Positions 8,113 through 14,573 of a stretch of DNA of 32,000 nt are shown one piece after another; within the stretch, counting starts at the first letter, position 1, and the number at the start of each line of letters is the position of its first letter. A program made the position numbers and the translations under genes. Below the pieces are notes generated by a model that was not told the origin of the DNA, searched no databases, and worked only from the letters and a program-made list of their open reading frames with translations. The DNA comes from Candidatus Saccharimonadota bacterium (GTDB lineage: Archaea > Nanobdellota > Nanobdellia > Pacearchaeales > GW2011-AR1), in contig JAFCEL010000001.1 in the NCBI GenBank assembly GCA_017609205.1, positions 300,001 through 332,000 of the forward strand, given 5' to 3'.

Positions 8113-8410
8113 AAATAATAGACGGAAAAGATGCTGTTTTAGGAAGATTGGCGAGCTATGCAGCAAAGGAGGCATTGAAGGGTGAAGAAGTTATAATAGT
8201 TAATTGTAAAGAGGTTATTATAACAGGTAATAAAAAAGATATAAGAGGACCATAAGAGGCATGATCCCTAATCATCGTAGAGGTAGAGGAAAAGATGCTT
8301 TTAAGAGAATAAAATGTTATTCTAATGAACCAACAGAATTTAAAGATAAAGAAAAAATAAAATTCAATAAAGAAAGTGAGAAGAAAATTAAAATAAAAGA
8401 TTTAAAATGA
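8109..8410 (+). pseudogene. rpl13: 50S ribosomal protein L13 (uL13), frame-broken and internally shortened
   Basis: Frame a (8109-8255): MKIIDGKDAVLGRLASYAAKEALKGEEVIIVNCKEVIITGNKKDIRGP*. Frame b (8234-8410): KRYKRTIRGMIPNHRRGRGKDAFKRIKCYSNEP...KDLK*. Both halves match uL13 motifs. ATGA overlaps with rpl18e and rps9 are intact. Confidence 0.75.
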
Positions 8411-8796
8411 GAATAATTGTATCTGGAAAAAGGAAAAGAGCTATCGCAAAAGCGATCTTGACAGAAGGTTCTGGCTTAATAAGAATTAATAAAAAAACAT
8501 TACAAATATTCGATAGATTAAAAATAGAAGAACCTCTAAGAATTGCTGAAAAAATACTTGGAAAATTAAATTTTGATGTTGAAATCAAGGTTAAGGGTGG
8601 GGGAGAAAAAAGCCAGATTGAAGCTGCACGGCTGGCATTATCAAAAGCTATTCTAGAATTTTCAAAGTCTAAAGAATTAACAGATGCTTTTTTATCTTAT
8701 GATAGGAATCTGCTCGTAGCAGATATTCGAAGAAAAGAGACTTATAAACCAGGAGATTCAAAAGCACGTAAAAAAAGACAAAGTAGTAAAAGATAA
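8407..8796 (+). CDS. rps9: 30S ribosomal protein S9 (uS9)
   Basis: GKRKRAIAKA...VKGGGEKSQIEAARLALSKAI...RRKETYKPGDSKARKKRQSSKR. Confidence 0.9.
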   Translation: MRIIVSGKRKRAIAKAILTEGSGLIRINKKTLQIFDRLKIEEPLRIAEKILGKLNFDVEIKVKGGGEKSQIEAARLALSKAILEFSKSKELTDAFLSYDRNLLVADIRRKETYKPGDSKARKKRQSSKR

Positions 8797-8798
8797 TA

Positions 8799-9326
8799 TT
8801 ATTTTATTCCTAATCTTTCTAATTTATTCTGAACATGGTTAAAAAGGGTCGAAGAGATGATTGGTTTGTGTTTACCTTCATGAATCTGATTATTAAATTT
8901 GACTTTCCCAATATATGTAAAATTTTTCAAGATTTTTTTTAAACCATTAACAGACAAACCATGTTTTTTTGCAAGCTTAGTGAGTGAAACATCTTTTTTT
9001 AAAAATTCTTCAAAGATTTCTTCAACCTCTTGGAAATTTGGAGCAGGAACAAGATTTCCATTTTCAAATTTATATCCAAATGGAGGGCGTGACATAATTA
9101 ATCCTTGAGACGCTTTAGCAAGCATGCCTTTTTTTTGCAAATTTCCTACCTCAGAAAATTTTCTAAAAGTATTAAGTAATTTCCCATCTATCTTCTCAAG
9201 AATATATTCCTTGAATTTTTTTTCTTCATTAGGCGCAAATCGAAAACAGATATTACAAAGAGGTGTTTGGAACTTCCCTAAATTATCTTCTGATTCATAA
9301 CCACATTTCGCGCATTTGGTTTTCAT
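8799..9326 (-). CDS. Zinc-ribbon plus 'recombinase' DNA-binding domain protein lacking the serine-recombinase catalytic domain
   Basis: N-terminal CAKCGYE...CNIC. The rest (SRPPFGYKFENGNLVPAP...EIFEEFL...LTKLAKKHGLSVNGLKKILKNFTYIGKVKFNNQIHEGKHKPIIS) is paralogous to the C-terminal half of the recombinase at 10413-11285. No YxRVSTxxQ motif. Confidence 0.7.
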   Translation of the reverse strand: MKTKCAKCGYESEDNLGKFQTPLCNICFRFAPNEEKKFKEYILEKIDGKLLNTFRKFSEVGNLQKKGMLAKASQGLIMSRPPFGYKFENGNLVPAPNFQEVEEIFEEFLKKDVSLTKLAKKHGLSVNGLKKILKNFTYIGKVKFNNQIHEGKHKPIISSTLFNHVQNKLERLGIK

Positions 9327-9796
9327 TCAATCACCTCTATCTTATTTTTCAGAGTCTCAAGGTATTTATGGAAATTTTCTCTTGTTAATTCAAGAGTTTC
9401 TGTATTTATATTAGGGTGAAAACCCACAACTTCTGAATTGAAAATTTTTTTACTAATTAAAACAATTGTCAAATTTTTCTTATCATTGATTAACCCAAAA
9501 GGTGAAACAGAACCAGGGGTTAGTTTAAGAACTTTTTTGAGTTGTTCTTGTTTTGCAAAAGATAGTTTGGTTTTTAATCTTTTTTCAAAATCTTTGATAT
9601 TTAACTTTTCACCAAAAGGAATTATTATCAGATAAAATCTCTCTGATTTCTTATCTTTTAAGAATAAATTCTTTGCATGAATTCCTGCAACACTCTCTGC
9701 AAACTTCTCAGTTTGTTCGCAAGTATACACTGCTGGATGTTTGTGTATTTTAAATTCAATTCCATTCTCTCTAAGATATCTTTCTACTTCATTCAT
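9323..9796 (-). CDS. YbaK/ProX-like aminoacyl-tRNA trans-editing (deacylase) domain protein
   Basis: HPAVYTCEQ...IHAKNLFLKDKKSERFYLIIIP...LTPGSVSPFGLIND...VGFHPN. ATG 9796 (AAGGAG upstream, ATGA overlap with the HAD stop) preferred over the TTG at 9814. Confidence 0.75.
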   Translation of the reverse strand: MNEVERYLRENGIEFKIHKHPAVYTCEQTEKFAESVAGIHAKNLFLKDKKSERFYLIIIPFGEKLNIKDFEKRLKTKLSFAKQEQLKKVLKLTPGSVSPFGLINDKKNLTIVLISKKIFNSEVVGFHPNINTETLELTRENFHKYLETLKNKIEVIE

Positions 9797-10431
9797 TTCC
9801 ACAACTCCTTCCAAAGCCTATTTTCAAATAATTGTTTATTATCCTTAAATAAAATGGATTCTATACCTAATTTCCTGGCAGCATCCACATTCCATTTTTG
9901 GTTGTCAATAAAAAGACATTCAGACGGCTTATTATTTAATTCCCTTAAAACTAAAAAATATATTTTAGGATTTGGTTTTCGAATTCCCACATCACAAGAT
10001 ACAATCACCGGTGAGAACCTTTTATACTCCTTATCATTCATTAAAGATTCTTTAGAAAGATGCCATTGGTCAGACAGAATTGAGATTTTATAACCTAATT
10101 TTTTGAGTTTAAACGCTTGTTTGAACAGCTGTTTATTTTGTTTAAAATTCTTCCTATACGCATTAATTACTATTTTTTTAAAATTTTTATTAGAAACTCC
10201 AACATTCCTTGCAATGATCTCTATTGTTTCATTTTTTGAAATTTTCCCTTCAACAGATTTGGCATATGTAGTATCCATAGAATCAAACCATTGGTCAACA
10301 GAAATCCCTAATTTTCTTGAGATATATTCATGGACACCTATATCCCTATAACCCTTATGTTTGTAAATGTGCGGGCTTTTGCTTAATTCTAGAACCCCTC
10401 CAACATCAAAAATTATTGCTTTGATTCCCAT
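9793..10431 (-). CDS. HAD-superfamily hydrolase (subfamily IA-like)
   Basis: Motif I IIFDVGGVL (second Asp replaced by Gly), ILSDQW (motif II-like), VGIRKPNPKIY (motif III Lys), LFIDNQKWNVDAARKLG (motif IV). Confidence 0.75.
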   Translation of the reverse strand: MGIKAIIFDVGGVLELSKSPHIYKHKGYRDIGVHEYISRKLGISVDQWFDSMDTTYAKSVEGKISKNETIEIIARNVGVSNKNFKKIVINAYRKNFKQNKQLFKQAFKLKKLGYKISILSDQWHLSKESLMNDKEYKRFSPVIVSCDVGIRKPNPKIYFLVLRELNNKPSECLFIDNQKWNVDAARKLGIESILFKDNKQLFENRLWKELWK

Positions 10432-11285
10432 GTTATCTCTTTTTTATTTGCTTTATCAAAAAGCTCCTGATCAATTAAAGGCTTGTGCTTTCCTTTGTAA
10501 AGTTTTCCCTTGTATTTAATTTTTCCTAAATATATTGGATTCTTAATAATTTGATAAAAAGTCGAAGGTTTAAGACCAAATTTATCACAAATTTCTTTAT
10601 ATGAAATATCTGATGCCCACATCTCAAAAATCTCCTTCACTTTTTTAGAGTTTTCTGGGTCAGGTGTAAGCTTTTTATTTGCATAAGTATAACCAAAGGG
10701 TGCTCTGTAGAGTGCTTCTCCAAACTGAATTTTTCTGTCAAATGCTAATTCTACACGTTCTTTTACCATCCCTCTTTCTAATTGAGCAAAGACACCGATT
10801 ATTTGAAAAAAAGCCTCCCCCATAGCAGAAGTTGTATCAATTTGTTCTGTAACTGATGTAAAATTTATCTGTTGTTTTTTTAATGTGTCAAGTACTATAA
10901 TTAAATCTCTTAATCTTCTTGAAAATCTATCAATTTTATAAACAAGGATTATATCAAATTTCTTTTCTTGTGCATCCCGTAATAGTAATTCAAGGGCAGG
11001 CCTATTCATTGTTCCTGCAGAAAAACCTGCATCTCTATAAACCTTGAAAATTTTCCAATCACGTGCATTGCAAAAAGATTTGCATTTATCAATTTGGGCA
11101 TCAATACTTAAACCCTCTTTTGCTTGCTCAGAAGTTGAGACACGTGCATATATTGCGACTTTTTTATGGTTTTCAGGCATATTTTTGTGAACTAAGGTGT
11201 TTTTATTGTAATAAGGGTTCCCTTCTTGAAAAGATATTATAGCCTTATTGGAATAAGTATATAAATTTTGTGGAGAAATTAGCAT
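10413..11285 (-). CDS. Serine recombinase (resolvase/invertase catalytic domain plus recombinase domain)
   Basis: KKVAIYARVSTSEQ (catalytic Ser), YRDAGFSAGTMNRPAL, ILVYKIDRFSRR, FAQLERGMVKERV, then APFGYTY...NPIYLGKIKYKGKLYKGKHKPLI. The true start is probably ATG 11180 (MPENHKKVAIYARVS); 11285 is the longest-ORF start. Confidence 0.9.
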   Translation of the reverse strand: MLISPQNLYTYSNKAIISFQEGNPYYNKNTLVHKNMPENHKKVAIYARVSTSEQAKEGLSIDAQIDKCKSFCNARDWKIFKVYRDAGFSAGTMNRPALELLLRDAQEKKFDIILVYKIDRFSRRLRDLIIVLDTLKKQQINFTSVTEQIDTTSAMGEAFFQIIGVFAQLERGMVKERVELAFDRKIQFGEALYRAPFGYTYANKKLTPDPENSKKVKEIFEMWASDISYKEICDKFGLKPSTFYQIIKNPIYLGKIKYKGKLYKGKHKPLIDQELFDKANKKEITWESKQ

Positions 11286-11287
11286 TT

Positions 11288-11359
11288 TCTAGAGACCTCT
11301 TGGCTTTGAACTATTTTTTGTGCACAAAGGTTGGGTTTGTGCAAATTATTTTCTCTAGA
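11288..11359. promoter_or_regulatory. Nested inverted repeats upstream of the recombinase operon
   Basis: Outer arms tctagaga (11288-11295) / tctctaga (11352-11359). Inner palindrome tgcacaaa-ggttggg-tttgtgca (11321-11343). Confidence 0.5.
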
Positions 11360-11370
11360 GAATAAAAGAG

Positions 11371-11384
11371 ATTTCTTAAGAAAT
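11371..11384. repeat. Perfect 14-bp palindrome atttcttaagaaat
   Basis: Read directly; self-complementary. Confidence 0.6.
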
Positions 11385-11515
11385 TTTTATTTTCATTTAT
11401 TACCTATATAAAAATTTGAAAGAACAGAGCCAAATAAGATTTTTATGACCAACATTATTTCGTAAGGATCTCTTAAAGTTCCTTTTAAAAATTAGTTTTT
11501 TAAGTTCATGAACTT

Positions 11516-11530
11516 AGGTTAACTTAGTTA
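11516..11530 (+). repeat. 15-nt direct repeat aggttaacttagtta, copy 1 (inside aacttag-gtt-aacttag-tta)
   Basis: Identical 15-mer at 11839-11853. The pair flanks the small ORF at 11589-11759. Confidence 0.85.
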
Positions 11531-11588
11531 TTAATAATTTTCATAGCTATTTTTCAAATAATGAGAGGACAAATAGATCAATAAAACA

Positions 11589-11759
11589 CTAGAAAGAGTT
11601 ATGAAAACAGAGGTTATTATAAATTGTCTGACGCCAAGTAAAGGCTATTGTAAAACCAAGTGTAAATGTAATCAACATACGCATTTGTCTGCGAAGTTCT
11701 CGCTTAAACTTTATACCAGGGTCGAAATAAGATTTTATTCTTTCTTTTATTCTCACCAT
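11589..11759 (-). CDS. Small (56 aa) predicted membrane protein, not in the ORF track
   Basis: Hand translation: MVRIKERIKSYFDPGIKFKRELRRQMRMLITFTLGFTIAFTWRQTIYNNLCFHNSF*. Basic amphipathic head followed by one hydrophobic helix. Resembles small single-TM archaeal proteins (DUF5654-like pattern, unverified). Confidence 0.4.
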   Translation of the reverse strand: MVRIKERIKSYFDPGIKFKRELRRQMRMLITFTLGFTIAFTWRQTIYNNLCFHNSF

Positions 11760-11831
11760 AGCCTAAAAAGGAAAATAAGTTTATTAATCTTTTTGCGCAA
11801 TTTTTAATGCATTAATCTTAGGGGGTTTTTA

Positions 11832-11853
11832 TGCACAAAGGTTAACTTAGTTA
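11832..11853 (+). repeat. Hybrid site: tgcacaaaggtt (as at 11321-11332) fused to aggttaacttagtta (as at 11516-11530), sharing aggtt
   Basis: Direct string comparison of the three sites. Confidence 0.85.
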
Positions 11854-11894
11854 AGATAAGAATTATATGTAATTTAAAAAGATTATAAAGAAAA

Positions 11895-11921
11895 GGTGTT
11901 TGAACAGGCTGTTTAATTCAA
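11895..11921 (+). repeat. 27-nt direct repeat ggtgtttgaacaggctgtttaattcaa, copy 1
   Basis: Identical to 11936-11962 (offset 41 nt). Lies 135-200 nt upstream of the 12098 gene. Confidence 0.9.
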
Positions 11922-11935
11922 AAAAGATGTTCAAG

Positions 11936-11962
11936 GGTGTTTGAACAGGCTGTTTAATTCAA
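11936..11962 (+). repeat. 27-nt direct repeat, copy 2
   Basis: See copy 1. Its 3' part forms the left arm of the inverted repeat ggctgtttaa (11948-11957) / ttaaacagcc (11972-11981). Confidence 0.9.
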
Positions 11963-12097
11963 TTTTTTGTGTTAAACAGCCATAAATTTTTACAATTTCT
12001 CAAAAAAGATATTATTTGTATCAGAAAAAGATTCTTAATAAGAATCATTTAACGACGGAAGAGAAAGATTTTTAAAGAATATTTTGTAAGAAACAAT

Positions 12098-12694
12098 ATG
12101 TTTGGGTTATTTTTAAGAAAAAAAGAGGTTGAGAAGATAAAAGAGGATACAAAAAGATCTTTTGAATCTGTAAAAAAAGATATGAATGCTATTAGTGGTT
12201 GGATTAAACACCTAGATTCTGAGAAAAATCTACATAAAAAAGAAATTAATGAATTAAAAGAATTTTTATCGTCGATTAGAGAAGAACTTGATGAAGTGAA
12301 AAATTTTATATTAATGATGGGTGAATTAAAAATTAAACAAAAACCTAAACAGGTGTTTAATAAACAAACAGGTGTTTATGGTGTTCAAACAGGTGTTCAA
12401 ACAGGTGTTCAAACACTAAATTTAGAGCAATTTTCAACAAGTGAAAAAGCAATAATATGGTATTTATTAAATTCTGATTTAAAATTAAGTTATGATGATC
12501 TAGCAGTAATGCTTGGAAAACAAAAATCAACTATAAGAGGCCAAGTAAACGTTATTAAACAAAAAGGAGACATAATAAGAGAGAGTATTGAAAAAAATGG
12601 TAAAAAAAGGCTATATATACCTGAAAATATTAAAGAAAAACTATTAAAAAAACAAAAAGTGAGAGTTAAAAAGACCAAAAAATTAGTAAAATAA
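12098..12694 (+). CDS. Coiled-coil / (VQTG)n repeat / winged-helix DNA-binding protein (uncharacterised family)
   Basis: N-terminal KRSFESVKKDMNAISGWIKHL...coiled coil, central KQTGVYGVQTGVQTGVQT. C-terminal wHTH-like FSTSEKAIIWYLLNSDLKLSYDDLAVMLGKQKSTIRGQVNVIKQKG, then a basic tail. TATA-like tttttaaaga about 25 nt upstream of the ATG. Confidence 0.65.
   Translation: MFGLFLRKKEVEKIKEDTKRSFESVKKDMNAISGWIKHLDSEKNLHKKEINELKEFLSSIREELDEVKNFILMMGELKIKQKPKQVFNKQTGVYGVQTGVQTGVQTLNLEQFSTSEKAIIWYLLNSDLKLSYDDLAVMLGKQKSTIRGQVNVIKQKGDIIRESIEKNGKKRLYIPENIKEKLLKKQKVRVKKTKKLVK
12381..12416 (+). repeat. 12-nt x3 tandem repeat gtgttcaaacag inside the CDS (degenerate copies from 12349)
   Basis: Read directly; encodes VQTG repeats. 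Confidence 0.9.
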
Positions 12695-12750
12695 TGAAAA
12701 ATTGACTCTTAGAGGAGATAAAGAATAATTAAAATATAGAAAGAGAGGAT

Positions 12751-12776
12751 TAATTATTCGTTATAACGAATAATTA
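12751..12776. repeat. Perfect 26-bp palindrome taattattcgtta|taacgaataatta between the convergent wHTH genes
   Basis: Arms are exact reverse complements. Abuts the stop codon (12777-12779) of the minus-strand gene. Possible bidirectional terminator hairpin or protein binding site. Confidence 0.6.
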
Positions 12777-13454
12777 TTAAATTTCCCTTAATTGTAAGAT
12801 TGTTGGAAGAGAAGCGATTTTCCTCAAATTGTTAGATACTTTAAGATGTATATGCTTATTATTCACTTTAATCTTGTCGACGGGAATTCCTTTTTTTATT
12901 AAACGACCTACATAATCTCTAATTGAACTTTCAGAGAGATCTAATTTCTCAGCCAGTGTTTTATAATTTGTGTATCCAAATTCTTCTTCTAATTGATATA
13001 ACGTTGAAAAAACAAGCATCTCTTGTTCTGTTAGTCTTTTTATCTTAAGACGAACCTCTTTCTTTAAAGAATCTAAAGAATCCAAGATATTTGCCACTTT
13101 TTCTATAGAGTCTTCCTCATCAAGTGCTATTTTGTCTGTTTGTCTGTTTGTCTGTTTGTCTGTTGGAACCCCTTCATTTCCTGTGGAAATACCCAAATTC
13201 TTGGGTTTTCGTGGCTTAAAAAAGAAAGTATCTGTTGGAATATTTGTTGTATCTGTTGGAATATTTGTTGTATCTGTTGGAATATTTGTTGTATATTTTA
13301 AGGAATTTTTTTCTAATAACTCTTCTAATATTTCTGCAAATTCAAGAACCATCCGGGTGTTTTTATTAACCTCTTCTTTTAGAATACTCACTTCATTTCT
13401 TAAAGAAAAAATATCTCTTTTTACATTCTCAAAAGATTTCTTAATAATATCCAT
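12777..13454 (-). CDS. Coiled-coil / (TTNIPTD)3 and (xQT)n repeat / winged-helix DNA-binding protein, paralog of 12098-12694
   Basis: N-terminal KKSFENVKRDIFSLRNEVSILKEEV (compare KRSFESVKKDM in the paralog). Central ISTGNEGVPTDKQTNRQTDK. C-terminal LTEQEMLVFSTLYQLEEEFGYTNYKTLAEKLDLSESSIRDYVGRLIKKGIPV wHTH. Confidence 0.65.
   Translation of the reverse strand: MDIIKKSFENVKRDIFSLRNEVSILKEEVNKNTRMVLEFAEILEELLEKNSLKYTTNIPTDTTNIPTDTTNIPTDTFFFKPRKPKNLGISTGNEGVPTDKQTNRQTDKIALDEEDSIEKVANILDSLDSLKKEVRLKIKRLTEQEMLVFSTLYQLEEEFGYTNYKTLAEKLDLSESSIRDYVGRLIKKGIPVDKIKVNNKHIHLKVSNNLRKIASLPTILQLREI
13133..13164 (-). repeat. 8-nt x4 perfect tandem repeat (tgtctgtt on the plus strand) inside the CDS
   Basis: Read directly; encodes TDKQTNRQTDK. 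The unit length is not a multiple of 3. Confidence 0.9.
13228..13290 (-). repeat. 21-nt x3 perfect tandem repeat (gtatctgttggaatatttgtt) inside the CDS
   Basis: Read directly; encodes (TTNIPTD)3. Confidence 0.9.
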
Positions 13455-13484
13455 GAAAAAACTAACACCCTTCTCTTAAAAAAA

Positions 13485-13757
13485 TTAACTATTATTTTTA
13501 TTATTAAAAAAATGATAAACCTGTTTGTTTAATACCCATCTACTCCTCCTTACATATTTTCTTCCTTGAGAATTCTTTTTTATTTCTTTAACAAGGTTTT
13601 TTTGTTTTAACTCAAACAATAACTTTTTCACAAACTCCTCATCACGAGCAATCTCTCTTGCAATGTGGGACGTGAAAATTGGTTTTGGAGAATTCTCATA
13701 TAAAAAAAAGAGAATTTGCTCTGAGATTTTATCCCTCTTAAGCTGAGAAATTTTCAT
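13485..13757 (-). CDS. Small winged-helix transcriptional regulator-like protein
   Basis: ISEQILFFLYENSPKPIFTSHIAREIARDEEFVKKLLFELKQKNLVKEI...KYVRRSRWVL fits the helix-turn-helix plus wing pattern. Confidence 0.55.
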   Translation of the reverse strand: MKISQLKRDKISEQILFFLYENSPKPIFTSHIAREIARDEEFVKKLLFELKQKNLVKEIKKNSQGRKYVRRSRWVLNKQVYHFFNNKNNS

Positions 13758-13796
13758 AAAGAATAAATTAAACAGGATTTAAAAAATAATTGATTA

Positions 13797-14219
13797 TTAT
13801 TTTGTATCTTTTTTACTTTCTTTTCTTAGAACAGGTAGAGGTAAATGTATTGGAAAATTCATTTCATCTTCTAATTGCAGTGCCTTAATATTACATTTTC
13901 TAAGAATAACATTAAAGACAGTTATTTTAAAATCCTCTTGTAACTTTTTATTTTTCCAATCTTTTAAAATCTTCTTAGAGTCTTTTTGGTCAAGAGATAA
14001 CAAAATATTTCCTTCAAATAATATTTTTCCTAGATTAGGAGAATAGTTAATAATATATTTAAATCTTACACCTAATAAATCTTCTTTTGATTTAAAGAGA
14101 TCTGTTTTAATCTGATTTATGTCTATTAAATTCAAGTTAGTATCTATTTTAAATTCCTTGAAATTGTCTGAAATTTTCTCTATACTAACTTTACTTAAAT
14201 TAAAACCTATTAACTTCAT
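13797..14219 (-). CDS. Hypothetical protein (140 aa), no recognised motif
   Basis: Complete ORF with ATG start and coding-like composition. Alternating hydrophobic beta-strand pattern followed by a helix (ITVFNVILRKCNIKALQLEDEMNFP). Similarity to a SecB-like fold is only an impression. Confidence 0.45.
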   Translation of the reverse strand: MKLIGFNLSKVSIEKISDNFKEFKIDTNLNLIDINQIKTDLFKSKEDLLGVRFKYIINYSPNLGKILFEGNILLSLDQKDSKKILKDWKNKKLQEDFKITVFNVILRKCNIKALQLEDEMNFPIHLPLPVLRKESKKDTK

Positions 14220-14312
14220 GATATTATCAAAAAACTTGCTTTTTTAAATATTTAGATTATTAAATAAATTATTTATCATTAAACCATTATAATTTAAAAT
14301 AGATAATTAAGA

Positions 14313-14573
14313 TTATATTAAATCTTCTTCAGAAACAATGACAAAATCTCCTATTGCTATTATTGCGTTATAAGGTATTAAAAGATCGTTTGAATCTGTT
14401 CTTTCTAGATTAAGATTTTTAGTATAAGGTGTTGAGTCCTTAATCAATAAATTGATTAATTCCCCTGATTTTGTTTCAAAAGTAATATCCTTAACAAAAC
14501 CCAGTCTTTTGCCCTCTTTTGTTACAACCATTTTTCCTAGAATCTTATTAAAAAAAATCTTGTTACTTTGCAT
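14313..14573 (-). CDS. PRC-barrel domain protein
   Basis: ILGKMVVTKEGKRLGFVKDITFETKSGELINLLIKD...LLIPYNAIIAIGDFVIVSEEDL matches the PRC-barrel pattern. Confidence 0.7.
   Translation of the reverse strand: MQSNKIFFNKILGKMVVTKEGKRLGFVKDITFETKSGELINLLIKDSTPYTKNLNLERTDSNDLLIPYNAIIAIGDFVIVSEEDLI

Noticed and set aside
11601-11807. 68-aa plus-strand ORF in the recombinase-proximal non-coding region
   Set aside because: Its product is Cys/His/Ser-rich with no pattern. It overlaps on the opposite strand a more protein-like 56-codon ORF (basic head plus TM helix), so the minus-strand ORF was reported instead at modest confidence.
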